Assembly (NCBI GenBank): GCA_013288825.1
Contig: JABDBC010000004.1
Span: 5,649-69,648 of the forward strand
DNA length: 64,000 nucleotides
DNA from: Chlamydiota bacterium
Lineage (GTDB): Bacteria; Chlamydiota; Chlamydiia; Chlamydiales; Parachlamydiaceae
Direction of reading: 5' to 3'
The notes beneath the pieces are model-generated. The model saw only the letters and a list, made by a program, of their open reading frames with translations, was not told the DNA's origin and made no database searches. How positions within the stretch are numbered: position 1 is the first letter of the stretch; each line of letters starts with the position of its first letter. This document shows, one piece after another, positions 9,504 through 19,283 of the stretch. A program made the translations under genes and the position numbers.

Positions 9504-11045
9504 CTAAAGACCCTGGTTATTATCATGTAATGGTAATTGATACAATTCTTTAGGTGGACTCCTTTCCCAATGGCCGCTGGTATCTGTTAACACTCCTACT
9601 GAAAATGCCAAATTTGCCAATGCTGATGCCCATTGTGTACGGGTCAATATTTCTTGCGCTCTGGCATTGCTTAATGTTGTCAGTGAAGTCATTATGTCCA
9701 AAATTGAGGCTGTTCCCGTCTTATATTGTATCACAAAACCTCGAAACGCCCTTTCACTATATTCTACAGCTGCACGACTTGATGCCAAAGCCGCTTCCGA
9801 TGACGTGAATGCATAATAATTGGTCACGACTTGAGTCGATACTGCTGCTACCTGAACATCCAAATTGGCTAATGCCTCTTCAATTTGAGCGCGAAATTGC
9901 CGTTGTTGGTTCAAAAAGAAGAATCCTTGAAATATTGGAAAATTTACTTGAAGGGCAGCTGTTTCATTATATCCTGAAGGCTTTGTGGGGAAAATAAAAC
10001 GGACTTGATTCCAGTTGGCATTCGCGGTTAATGTGGGCATGCTATTAGAATAAGAAATTGCCAGTTGAGCTTCTTGCTGTTTAATAGCTGTGATGGCTAT
10101 GCCTAAGTCGGGTCTTCTCTTTTTTGCCAGCTCAAGCAAGCTCGAGATGTTTCCCGATATTTCTATAACTGGCAATTCTTGAGGCAGGTTTTCAACTGAA
10201 ATATCTGCATCAGGTGGCAATCCAACTGCGATCAAAATTTGTCCTAAGGAAGTTTGTTCCGACCCCTGCGCTTGCAGCCAGCTTGTTCGGAATTGCTCTA
10301 AATTCGATTGCGCTAGTAAAACATCTGTCAATGTCGCAAGACCTGCTGTACGCATCACTTGTGCTGCCTCTAATGCTATTTGGGCATCTTTAAGATCCTG
10401 CTGGTAGGCTTCAACAAGGCCCTTATTCCCTATGTAGGCAGTATACGCGTTCAACACTGATAGCATCACTTGCTGCATCGTGAAATTATGCTGCCAATTT
10501 GATGCGTAAAGAGCCTGGTGAGCAAACTCTGCTGTAGCATCTCGACCTCCGAAATCTAAAAGCAAATAGGATAGATTTAGGTTGTTTGATAGATTCGTCG
10601 TGTTAGTTTCTGTTGTAGGTGTCGTCGGGGTTGTGCCGGTGTTATTTGAGACAATCCCTGAACCAGAAGTTGCAAAGGATGAACCTCGATTCGTTTGGGC
10701 ATTTAAGCTTCCAAAATAGGTTATAGTTGGGTAATAGGGACTTAAGGATGCGTGGTAGGCATATGCTGCCGCCCGTGCAGCATTCCAGCTCACCCTTGTA
10801 GCAGGATTATTATACAAAGCCATATCGAGCAGACGTGACAAAGGCATTGTCCCCGACAAGTCGGAAATGTCAAAAAAAGGTTCTGCTGTTTTCTTCACTA
10901 TTATTGGTTTTTTATCCCATGTATTACCAATAGAAGTGGGTACATCCCCTTTGATCACTGGATCATAGAAAGGCTCACAACCACATAGTAGCAGTAATAA
11001 CAGAGCTGTTACACTATTGTGGATGTATTTCGATTTATTAGTCAT
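9504..11045 (-). CDS. outer-membrane efflux lipoprotein (TolC/NodT family)
   Basis: 513 aa. Lipobox LLLLCGC. Two OEP-type repeats with alpha-helical heptad-like segments. Located in the efflux cluster. Confidence 0.9.
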   Translation of the reverse strand: MTNKSKYIHNSVTALLLLLLCGCEPFYDPVIKGDVPTSIGNTWDKKPIIVKKTAEPFFDISDLSGTMPLSRLLDMALYNNPATRVSWNAARAAAYAYHASLSPYYPTITYFGSLNAQTNRGSSFATSGSGIVSNNTGTTPTTPTTETNTTNLSNNLNLSYLLLDFGGRDATAEFAHQALYASNWQHNFTMQQVMLSVLNAYTAYIGNKGLVEAYQQDLKDAQIALEAAQVMRTAGLATLTDVLLAQSNLEQFRTSWLQAQGSEQTSLGQILIAVGLPPDADISVENLPQELPVIEISGNISSLLELAKKRRPDLGIAITAIKQQEAQLAISYSNSMPTLTANANWNQVRFIFPTKPSGYNETAALQVNFPIFQGFFFLNQQRQFRAQIEEALANLDVQVAAVSTQVVTNYYAFTSSEAALASSRAAVEYSERAFRGFVIQYKTGTASILDIMTSLTTLSNARAQEILTRTQWASALANLAFSVGVLTDTSGHWERSPPKELYQLPLHDNNQGL

Positions 11046-11063
11046 GCGGTTTTATACCAATTG

Positions 11064-11954
11064 TCAATATGTAGAGGGGTTTTGTGTGCCAAAGGGGAAA
11101 TAATATTCTAATAAAACTAGGTTAGCATTTTTAGGGAAGTTATAAGCATAAACGCGATGGGCATATTGTAGGCTTAATGTTCCAAAGCAGCCCAAGGTAT
11201 ATCCATAGCGGATTCCCAAATCTACAGATTTATGTTCAATGCTGCCATATCCTTTAAAGCGATGAATTCGAAGATTATTTCTTCCTAATCCCCATAAAGT
11301 GTTGATGAAACCGCGAAATTGATTAATGCCATCGTAGTTATATTCAAAGGCTGCATCCCCTCTAACCCAAGGAGAACCAACATCAGCGATTCCAAAGCCA
11401 ATGACGTTCCACCATCGATATAGATAATCTTTGCAACACTGTGGATATCCATATTTTTTCCCAAGAGAAAAATGGATTTCCCCTTCAAGATGACCATGAT
11501 GAAATGAACTGATATCATGCAAAGCGCGAGATAAGGGCTCTGTCAGTGTTAGCCCTGCTACCATGCTTAAGGGATCTCCATCGATCTCACTCGCCCATTG
11601 ATGGCGTCCCGTGACGCGAAAGTTGTCCCAACGATATTTTTGATGCCGCGTATTTGCTGAAGTGACTTCAAATTCTCCACAGTATCTTCTGAAGGGATAT
11701 GCTGCACTGAATGTTGTAAATCTATCATTTTCATTGCGTTTGTGGGCATGATGATGAGGTGCGGAGATTGAATGATAGTTTTGATAAAGAACCGTGGCAC
11801 GGATTTCCGTCTCATATTCATTTCCAAACCATGGTTTAAGGTCTGTTGCTGCACAAATGGCAGTGATGAAAAGGAACAGGGATAAAAATGCTGCCTGCGC
11901 CATCTTGTGAGCCGCCAAAGTAAAGACGTGTATGAGTTGCTTAAATCTCGCCAA
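11064..11954 (-). CDS. putative outer-membrane beta-barrel protein, first gene of the efflux cluster
   Basis: 296-aa ORF with a signal-like segment MAQAAFLSLFLFITAICAA (alternative start at 11903). Alternating aromatic/polar strands and a C-terminal aromatic residue (..NPSTY). Lies 18 bp upstream of the OMF gene. No family recognised. Confidence 0.55.
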   Translation of the reverse strand: MARFKQLIHVFTLAAHKMAQAAFLSLFLFITAICAATDLKPWFGNEYETEIRATVLYQNYHSISAPHHHAHKRNENDRFTTFSAAYPFRRYCGEFEVTSANTRHQKYRWDNFRVTGRHQWASEIDGDPLSMVAGLTLTEPLSRALHDISSFHHGHLEGEIHFSLGKKYGYPQCCKDYLYRWWNVIGFGIADVGSPWVRGDAAFEYNYDGINQFRGFINTLWGLGRNNLRIHRFKGYGSIEHKSVDLGIRYGYTLGCFGTLSLQYAHRVYAYNFPKNANLVLLEYYFPFGTQNPSTY

Positions 11955-12154
11955 AACCGATGTGTTAGACGATTTTTAAAGCCTCTCTATAACATTTTTG
12001 AAAAAAGGATGCTATTTCTTTTTTTTTCTTTGCGTTTGCAAGAAATGAAATGGATCTTCTATAGTTCTGCTGGGCATACAAAGTATTACTAAAGAATATA
12101 GTAATCATGATGCACGTGTAGAGTAATTATTTATTTTTTAAAAGGAGATGTTTT

Positions 12155-12490
12155 ATGTCAGGACCATGCACAAGCGCTTTTCGTACAGCCTTTTGTCGTA
12201 CAGGAGGTTCAACACTAAATTCTGGCGTTTCTTTTAGTCGGTCTTCTGTGGGTTTTGCTGCAAGATTTTCTGCGCAAGTTCCTCAACATTCAGGGCATTC
12301 CAGTCGCGTGCCATCTCAGGCAATCAAAGCACCTCAAACAGGTTCCTCCAGTTCTCCTCGACTAGGAGGGCCTTTGACATTGGTTGTAGGGGGGACTATC
12401 GTTGCGAATTTAGCATTAGCCAATATGTACAAAAATGGTTATTCTCCATCAATGCCCATACCAGCACAAGTTCATGCAGGGCGTCCATGA
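12155..12490 (+). CDS. hypothetical Ser/Gly-rich small protein with C-terminal hydrophobic segment
   Basis: 111-aa ORF with a strong RBS (AAAGGAGATGTTTTATG). A hairpin lies downstream. No homology recognised. Confidence 0.5.
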   Translation: MSGPCTSAFRTAFCRTGGSTLNSGVSFSRSSVGFAARFSAQVPQHSGHSSRVPSQAIKAPQTGSSSSPRLGGPLTLVVGGTIVANLALANMYKNGYSPSMPIPAQVHAGRP

Positions 12491-12524
12491 TGGATCATCA
12501 ATGATAACTGTATATCTCTGTTTT

Positions 12525-12547
12525 GTACTGCCCTACCGGGGCAGTAC
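12525..12547. terminator. hairpin between convergent genes (GTACTGCCC-TACC-GGGGCAGTAC)
   Basis: 9-10 bp GC-rich stem read directly. There is no clear U-tract on either side. Confidence 0.4.
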
Positions 12548-12586
12548 ATCATACATACTACGATAGAACTTCTAATTTGGATACCG

Positions 12587-13951
12587 TTATCCATTTGGTA
12601 ATCGACGATACCTTAAATTTCGTGTCCTCCCAATCGATTCAATCAATCCTTTTTCAATGAGCAAATTAAGCCATCTTTGTGCCGTAGCACGTGAAATCGA
12701 AAATTTATTGATCACATCTTGGGTAGTAATTTCATTTTGAGAATAGAATAGAGTTAAAATTCCTTCTTCAGCTTGGGTCTTAATTGGAAGTGATTGAGAA
12801 GAGGCCCTCGGCAAAATGCACTTTATAAAATTTGCTCCTTCTATAATTTGAGGTTTTTCAAGTCCCCAAGCTTCATAACTCTTAAAGATGTTAATGAATC
12901 CAGTTCCCATTTTTTCCACAAGCCCCATTTCTCGAAAAATCTTACAGATAGCCGGATTGCGCAAATATGTCAGTCCCTTTAACAACTGATCTTGTTCAAT
13001 TGGTCCAGAAAAACCTCCCGGGCTATATAATTCCAAGCGATCATCGTAAATAGAAATCTTAGAGGGGGCCTGAATGTGATAATTTCGATGAATCAGTAAG
13101 TTTAACAAGGCCTCTCTAAACGCAACCTCCGGTATTTCTAATTTTTCATCTCTTACAATCGCTGTAATTGAGAATGACTTTGAAAGACGACTAAGAACAA
13201 AATGATGGGCTTGTTGGAATTGATTTAAAAGAGTTCCTTCACAATCTATTGAAGCAATAGCATCCCTGCCTTCTATGCCGCGAAAATGACTTACTATTAT
13301 CATTGCTTCTGAAAGAAAAAACTGGGGGGATTTTCCAAAATTTAATATACCCGCATAAGTGGGAAAGAGTTTGGAATGCTCTTCAACAATCAAAGAATAG
13401 GAACGCAAGACGTCTTGTGTCACTTTTGCAGATGCTTGATTCTTTCTGTTATCAAGAAAATGTTGAACCAATTGATTCTCGAGGGTATCAAGGGGGGCAT
13501 TGTAAACTGGCAGTTTTTCAAAATCTATGCTATGTGATTGCCATTTTAGCTCCTCAATCATCTCAGGAGTCGCATGTACGGTGCTCCGACCCACGCGAAT
13601 ATAGGTTCCTTTCTCTTTTCCTTCTGATTTCCTAAAATAGGGTTTACTCATCCCCGATGATACGGAAATGATTAACACAGTTTTATCCCCAAACACTTGA
13701 GTAGACACTAAGGGAATGATGGGTGGATAGCAGGCCTCATAAATAGAATGATCCAATGATTCAAGAAGCTTATTTATTTGACCCTCAGCAAGTCCTACTA
13801 TTGTTCGATCATTATCGACACCGAGTATAAGCTTCCCTCCTTTTTGATTGCAAAAACCGATGATTGTTTTAATTATTTGATCATTTTTAGGAACTTCTCT
13901 TTTAAATTCCAACAAAACCGATTCTGATTCTGGATGACGAAATAAGCTCAT
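12587..13951 (-). CDS. AlbA_2 (Schlafen-like) / HATPase_c_4-type putative DNA-binding ATPase with C-terminal wHTH
   Basis: 454 aa. The N-terminus ESESVLLEFKREVPKNDQIIKTIIGFCNQKGGKLILGVDNDRTIVGL is typical of AlbA_2 (divergent AAA_4) proteins. C-terminal HTH: ITTQDVINKFSISRATAQRWLNLLIEKGLI. Confidence 0.85.
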   Translation of the reverse strand: MSLFRHPESESVLLEFKREVPKNDQIIKTIIGFCNQKGGKLILGVDNDRTIVGLAEGQINKLLESLDHSIYEACYPPIIPLVSTQVFGDKTVLIISVSSGMSKPYFRKSEGKEKGTYIRVGRSTVHATPEMIEELKWQSHSIDFEKLPVYNAPLDTLENQLVQHFLDNRKNQASAKVTQDVLRSYSLIVEEHSKLFPTYAGILNFGKSPQFFLSEAMIIVSHFRGIEGRDAIASIDCEGTLLNQFQQAHHFVLSRLSKSFSITAIVRDEKLEIPEVAFREALLNLLIHRNYHIQAPSKISIYDDRLELYSPGGFSGPIEQDQLLKGLTYLRNPAICKIFREMGLVEKMGTGFINIFKSYEAWGLEKPQIIEGANFIKCILPRASSQSLPIKTQAEEGILTLFYSQNEITTQDVINKFSISRATAQRWLNLLIEKGLIESIGRTRNLRYRRLPNG

Positions 13952-13958
13952 ACATTCT

Positions 13959-14139
13959 CCTCATTTGCCTCACATAACTTAATTATGCATCAAATGAGGC
14001 GAATGAGTCAAATAGAATGTGATATCTGCAGTTTTTTTGCCTCATTTGCCTCATATAACTAAAATTATGCATCAAATGAGGCGAATGAGGCAAATAGAAT
14101 GCGATATGTATTTCCATGAGTTTTGCCTCATTTGCCTCA
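13959..14139. repeat. 81-86 bp tandem repeat x ~2.2 with internal inverted repeat CCTCATTTG / CAAATGAGG
   Basis: CCTCATTTGCCTCA occurs at 13959, 14040 and 14126. The first copy overlaps the RBS of the AlbA_2 gene (complement AAATGAGGAGAATGTATG). Confidence 0.85.
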
Positions 14140-14169
14140 ATTGAATGATCATCAGTTGAACTTGGAATG

Positions 14170-14718
14170 CTATTCTTTCTGAAATCTCAAATTGGGAGCG
14201 ACAACGCCATCTTGACCCGCATATTGTCTTTGAGTCTTTTGCTCAATATCTGTTGAAAGTTGCGTAAAAGATAGCATGGCTAATGCAAGCCCGCGTCGTA
14301 AAATGATATCGAAGGGACCTTGGTTTTTCATTTCTAAAACAATTGTTCTAGCTTCTTCAAAGTTACCGTCGATAATCCCTGAAGTGCAATGAAGGGCTAA
14401 TCCAATTCTCGCGACTGTGCTTCGCCCTTCTACGTGGCATACAATGTTTCTTGGGACTTGGAATTTTTCCAAAGTGCTGCCTAAAATAAATTGACCCGGT
14501 TTTATTGTAAAGTCGCTTTCTGAAATGCTTATTCGATCAAATTTGACATCGCGATTAGCGTCTAAATCTACTGTCTGACCTGCATTAGGAATCAAAAGTT
14601 CGCTGCCGAGATGGAGGCGAATGCCTGCCGGACGAATGTTTGCCAGGTTAAATTCTGGAAATATTTTTATTTTTCCGGCTGTAATGTAATCTTTAATTGT
14701 TTTGTCAGAAAGTATCAT
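14170..14718 (-). CDS. dcd: dCTP deaminase (dUTPase-fold)
   Basis: MILSDKTIKDYITAGKIKI..HVEGRSTVARIGLALH..GIIDGNF..LEMKN aligns with the Dcd family (GRSSLARLGL motif region). I place the start at MILSDK (14718) rather than the track start 14742. Confidence 0.85.
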   Translation of the reverse strand: MILSDKTIKDYITAGKIKIFPEFNLANIRPAGIRLHLGSELLIPNAGQTVDLDANRDVKFDRISISESDFTIKPGQFILGSTLEKFQVPRNIVCHVEGRSTVARIGLALHCTSGIIDGNFEEARTIVLEMKNQGPFDIILRRGLALAMLSFTQLSTDIEQKTQRQYAGQDGVVAPNLRFQKE

Positions 14719-14908
14719 GCTTAAACCTAATTGAAATCTCAAGGAAATCTTCTTCTAAAAAATACATTTTAGCAAGAGAAATGAAATACTTGAAATTGCT
14801 TGCAGCAGATCGTTGCAAACTCGGCTGATTTGAAGTTCAACTTCGGATTAGCCGGATTTGATATATTTATCTACCAATATTTCAAAAAAACATCCTGACT
14901 TTTGGCAT

Positions 14909-14937
14909 TTGACAATTTCTGTTCCCAGTGATATTAA
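14909..14937 (+). promoter_or_regulatory. sigma70-like promoter candidate (TTGACA-17 nt-TATTAA)
   Basis: -35 at 14909-14914 and -10 at 14932-14937, about 22 bp upstream of the ATG at 14959. Confidence 0.4.
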
Positions 14938-14958
14938 CTTAATAAAACTGGAGGCTCG

Positions 14959-16473
14959 ATGTTAAACACTTTTAAGCACATCTTATCCAAAAATTTCAAC
15001 TATTCAAGTTATCTCATTATTTTCATTCTAACTCTGATGGCCTACATCTCAAGCAACGGCTTGTTAGCCGATGAGAAAGGGTTGACACCTTTTCAGAAGA
15101 CTGAAAATAGCGCCAAAACATTGATTCGCGGTGGGACAATTGTTACCATGAATCCAAACCGTGATGTTTTATACAAGCAAGATATTCTCGTTGTTGGAAA
15201 TCGCATTCAAGCCATTGGAGATTTAAGTAAAGAATATGACAGTGTTGACAAAGTCATCGATGCAAACGGTCAAATTATCATTCCTGGGCTAATCCAAACT
15301 CACCTACACCTATCTCAGACGCTATTTCGGAATTTGGCAGCTGACAAAAATCTAGAACAATGGCTGGATGTTATTTTGCGATTACAAGCTGCACTCGATA
15401 AGGATTCCAATTATTGGTCCAGCATGCTGGGGATTGCTGAGCTATTTCTAGGGGGCACGACCGCTATCTATGATATGAACGCCACTCATTATGTTGATAG
15501 CGCTTTCGAGGCGATTGAAAAGACGGGTATGCGCGGTTTTTCTGGTAAAAGAATGACTGATATACTAAAACCAGGTTATCCAGAAAAGATGGTTCAATCC
15601 ACGGATGTGGCCTTTAAAGAAAGTGTGGATTTATTTCAGAAATGGGATGGACGTGCCGGAGGGCGGATTCAATACTGTTTTTGTCCAGGATCAGTCGATG
15701 AGTGCACTGAAGAGCTCTTGAAGCTCACTTCTGACTTTTCTGCAAAGTACCAAGCAAGGGTTCAAACCCATGCTGCAGAAAGTAAGGATGTAGCTCCAAT
15801 CGTCCTAAAACGAACCGGAATGAGCGAAGTCGCTTACTTAAACTCACTTGGATTGATTAATCCCAGAACTGTGCTGGCCCATTGTGTTCATGTAAGTCCT
15901 TCTGATATAGATCTGGTGGCGAAAGGAGGAGCCCATGTGGCTCACTGCCCTACTTCCAACCTATTTCTTGCTTCTGGAATCGCCCCAACACCCTCTATGA
16001 TTGACAAGGGAATTAACATTGGCATGGGATCGGACAATGCTGCGGACAATACAAATTTGGACACCTTTAAGGAATTGCAGTTAGCTGCTTTGCTTCAAAA
16101 AGGCCTTCACGCAAATCCCACGATTCAGCCCAGTGCGCAGAGGGCTTTTGAAATGGCCACCCTTGGTGGGGCGAAAGCTCTCGGACTAGAGGAAGAGATC
16201 GGCAGTATAGAAACTGGAAAGAAGGCTGATTTGGCCATTCTCGATTTTAGAAAGCCGCACACGTGGCCCAATGAGTCCGAAGTCAATTCAAAGGATAACA
16301 TTTATACACGCATAGTTTATTCGGCAATGTCTTCCGATGTTGTATTGACGATGGTTGACGGGCAGATAGTAATGCAGGATCGCAAGTTGTTGACGATGGA
16401 TCTCAACGAGGTTTTAGAGAAATCGAATGCAGCCATTATACGTCTGCTATCCATTACTCAAGCGCCTTTGTAA
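14959..16473 (+). CDS. metal-dependent amidohydrolase, ATZ/TRZ (MtaD/SAH- or guanine-deaminase-like) family, with N-terminal TM/signal segment
   Basis: 504 aa. HxH motif in GLIQTHLHLSQT; further HAAES, AHCVH and GSDNAADN motifs in family order. Confidence 0.85.
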   Translation: MLNTFKHILSKNFNYSSYLIIFILTLMAYISSNGLLADEKGLTPFQKTENSAKTLIRGGTIVTMNPNRDVLYKQDILVVGNRIQAIGDLSKEYDSVDKVIDANGQIIIPGLIQTHLHLSQTLFRNLAADKNLEQWLDVILRLQAALDKDSNYWSSMLGIAELFLGGTTAIYDMNATHYVDSAFEAIEKTGMRGFSGKRMTDILKPGYPEKMVQSTDVAFKESVDLFQKWDGRAGGRIQYCFCPGSVDECTEELLKLTSDFSAKYQARVQTHAAESKDVAPIVLKRTGMSEVAYLNSLGLINPRTVLAHCVHVSPSDIDLVAKGGAHVAHCPTSNLFLASGIAPTPSMIDKGINIGMGSDNAADNTNLDTFKELQLAALLQKGLHANPTIQPSAQRAFEMATLGGAKALGLEEEIGSIETGKKADLAILDFRKPHTWPNESEVNSKDNIYTRIVYSAMSSDVVLTMVDGQIVMQDRKLLTMDLNEVLEKSNAAIIRLLSITQAPL

Positions 16474-16510
16474 CTGTATGAAGTTTAACTAAAAGATGAG
16501 AGTAAGAGAA

Positions 16511-16540
16511 AGGCACTTAGTAATTTTTTCCTAAGTGCCT
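16511..16540. terminator. bidirectional hairpin terminator candidate (AGGCACTTAG-10 nt-CTAAGTGCCT)
   Basis: Perfect 10-bp stem between convergent genes, with T-rich sequence following. Confidence 0.55.
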
Positions 16541-16557
16541 CGAATATTTTTACCACG

Positions 16558-17157
16558 TTAATAGACAACAAACGAACCTGTAGCAGAAGCTATATTTCCA
16601 GTCACAGGAGCATCTAGATTAATAAACTCATAAGAGTTTTTATCCCCTAGTCCTGATACGAGCACACGTTCACCAACACTCCATTTTTTTGTAGATAAAT
16701 GATTATACCAGCTAAATTCCCAAACTGAATTATCATTTAATCTTATGAATTTTCCGTCGTCATTGATTTCTGCAATCATGAGGCCTGATTCAGGAGAATC
16801 GATGACATCAAAGATGAGGTAGGCTTCAACCTTTTCTTGATCTGGCCCACTAATTCTTTTAGTGGCCAACAGAAGAGCATCATCTTTTACGTCTGCTTTA
16901 AAGACTAGGACATCCCCCGGCTGCCACGAATTCATTACGTTGTCATCGCGGGTTTTGTAGTCTAATATACGCAAAATGAGACCGTTATCTAGTGTGATAG
17001 TCCCGGCCAACATTGCTTGATCATAAGCTAAAGAGATATCTGCTATAACATTTTGGTAAACTGGCAATGGAATCGAGTTTGTTGCTTGTACTTGACTGAA
17101 TTGACAGACGACCAATAGCAATAAGAGGCTTGAAAAAAACATTTTCAAACATTTCAT
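16558..17157 (-). CDS. secreted hypothetical protein
   Basis: 199 aa with signal peptide MKCLKMFFSSLLLLLVVCQFSQVQA. No family recognised. Confidence 0.7.
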   Translation of the reverse strand: MKCLKMFFSSLLLLLVVCQFSQVQATNSIPLPVYQNVIADISLAYDQAMLAGTITLDNGLILRILDYKTRDDNVMNSWQPGDVLVFKADVKDDALLLATKRISGPDQEKVEAYLIFDVIDSPESGLMIAEINDDGKFIRLNDNSVWEFSWYNHLSTKKWSVGERVLVSGLGDKNSYEFINLDAPVTGNIASATGSFVVY

Positions 17158-17448
17158 AATACTCTCCTTTACTTAAGGTTAAAAAACCAGACTTGCCATG
17201 CTAAGTGAATGGACAAATTCCGTGATTTATTCCTCCCTAAAAAAATCTTTTTTTTGAGATTTGTTTAGAGGGGATGTAAGGCATTTTAGCACATTATGAT
17301 TTCTTTCCAAGTAAAAAATTTAAATACGAGGCTTCAGGCTTTCTCAATTCCCTTCACATGAATATTTTCAGTGTCAAAAACATGACTTTAAAGTTATCAT
17401 GACTGCGTTGCTCTGAGTGAATATTCAAAATTCAACAAAAAGGGCATT

Positions 17449-18324
17449 ATGAAAAAAATTCTAAGTTTCCTGATTATTTTTTCTTTTACAATGTCATTAT
17501 TGATGGCCGATCAACAGGACTCTGTCGTGCCTGTGAGCGGATCGTTTGAAGAAGGGGAATTTTTACCTGAGTTGAATCCTTTTTTTCCCACCATGCTTGC
17601 CGAGCCCCATATTGTAGGGTATTCGGTAGGATATCGAACTTATGATAAGATATTTAAAATTAGCTGTTTGCCTGTCTCGATTGGAGATCAGTTTTCTCTG
17701 TACCAATTTAAATCAGTAACATGCGGTAGTTTATATTTGGGCATTGAAGCTTGTGTGTGGGCTGTATTTGAAGCCAGAGCTAAATCTTTATCTTTAATAA
17801 ATGCCGATTATTATGGAGCGTTGCCTCTGACATACATTTATGACAAATTTTCAGTTCGATTGCGCGTTTTTCATGAATCTTCTCATTTGGGAGATGAATT
17901 TTTATTAGAAAACGAAGAAGTTGTTCGTGTGAACCCAAGCATGGAGATTGTCGATTTATCATTCGCATATGAGTTCAACACAAGTTTGACTACTTTTATA
18001 GGTTTTTCTAGAGTTTTGCGTTCTGATGATAGTCATGCGGTCAAATTGAATGGAGTCTACTATGGATTTAATTGTTATCTTAACTGTCTAAAGATTAACT
18101 TCTTGAAAGTACAAGCCCTCCCATATATTGCAACGTATTTTGCTAATTTTGAAACGAATAATTGGAAGCTAGATAGTTCTATCGCAATCGGCTATCAATG
18201 GGATAAATATTACGGTCATAAATTGAGAGTTTACATAGAAGGCCATGACGGCTATTCCGCTGAAGGTCAATTTGCAAAGCAACAAACGAGGTATTTAGCC
18301 TTAAAGCTTCTCTATGGATACTAG
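17449..18324 (+). CDS. putative outer-membrane beta-barrel protein
   Basis: 291 aa. Signal peptide MKKILSFLIIFSFTMSLLMA, alternating strand pattern and C-terminal LKLLYGY. Confidence 0.7.
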   Translation: MKKILSFLIIFSFTMSLLMADQQDSVVPVSGSFEEGEFLPELNPFFPTMLAEPHIVGYSVGYRTYDKIFKISCLPVSIGDQFSLYQFKSVTCGSLYLGIEACVWAVFEARAKSLSLINADYYGALPLTYIYDKFSVRLRVFHESSHLGDEFLLENEEVVRVNPSMEIVDLSFAYEFNTSLTTFIGFSRVLRSDDSHAVKLNGVYYGFNCYLNCLKINFLKVQALPYIATYFANFETNNWKLDSSIAIGYQWDKYYGHKLRVYIEGHDGYSAEGQFAKQQTRYLALKLLYGY

Positions 18325-18326
18325 TA

Positions 18327-19172
18327 TTATCCAAAGACGTCCTTAAGATTTTTTCCATCCGTCAGACCATCTTGAGGAGGGTGTTGCTTTAGATATTCAT
18401 TAATGTCTTTTATGCGGATATCGGGATTCGGATGTGTTTGGAACATCTCGACAGAATGGCCCTGACCGCCTGCGGCTTTCAAAATCTCCATCACTTGAAT
18501 CATAGCTTTGGGATTGTATCCCGCTTGTGTCATCAATTTCAGTCCCCACATATCTGCCTCAGATTCATCCTTGCGGCTATAACGCAAGTCCATCATCTGA
18601 TTGACAACCGAAGCTATCATGGTCGCATCCATGGCATATCCGGGATGGTTAGGATCGGATGCGCCAACACCAACGGCCATAATTAATGATTGACCCAATT
18701 GGCTTTTAGCCATTTGTTCTGAAGCATGCCTTTCAATAACATGACCCATTTCATGACTTAAAACTCCTGCAAGCTGAGCTTCTGTTTGAAGCTTATTCAA
18801 CAATCCCATCGTGATGAAAATTTGACCTCCAGGTAATGCAAAAGCATTAATTGTTTTTGTGTCAGCAATCACATGAAATTTAAACTTCCAAGGACTCGTT
18901 TTGGCTACTGTATGAGTGACAAGAAAGGTGCCCATTTTTTCCACTTCCATATGGTGAGGATCTGTTGAGGATATTTCTCCACCCATTTTCTGAGTCATTG
19001 CTGGAGCGGATTGCAAACCTAGGCGAATCTCTTGATCTGGCGACATTGAAACATGTTGTTTCGCTCCAGTCACGGGGTTTTCTTGTACCTGCATGAAGTA
19101 CATTAAGAAGCCTATCCCCGCTATGAGGATAGCTCCAATCAATCGACCACTGAGTCCATTGTTATTGCCCAT
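18327..19172 (-). CDS. M48-family zinc metalloprotease with N-terminal TM anchor
   Basis: HEMGHVIERH (HExxH), plus a downstream E in ESEADMWG. The start is moved to MGNNNG (19172), which has GAGG 7 nt upstream. Confidence 0.9.
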   Translation of the reverse strand: MGNNNGLSGRLIGAILIAGIGFLMYFMQVQENPVTGAKQHVSMSPDQEIRLGLQSAPAMTQKMGGEISSTDPHHMEVEKMGTFLVTHTVAKTSPWKFKFHVIADTKTINAFALPGGQIFITMGLLNKLQTEAQLAGVLSHEMGHVIERHASEQMAKSQLGQSLIMAVGVGASDPNHPGYAMDATMIASVVNQMMDLRYSRKDESEADMWGLKLMTQAGYNPKAMIQVMEILKAAGGQGHSVEMFQTHPNPDIRIKDINEYLKQHPPQDGLTDGKNLKDVFG

Positions 19173-19283
19173 GAGTACCTCATTTAAGTGCAATTCATCC
19201 GTTCATTATAATAATTCAAGCTATGCCTTAGAAATTATTTTGAATTCAATTAAAAGTTTTATAATTTAGACAGATTGTCAATT

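Noticed and set aside
9130-9530. Three overlapping ORFs in the GC-rich element (9130..9402, 9259..9459, 9291..9530) and the analogous set at 29566..29936
   Set aside because: These are mirror-image reading frames produced by a GC-rich palindrome (repeated PPGR/ALRDG strings on both strands). They are not credible genes.
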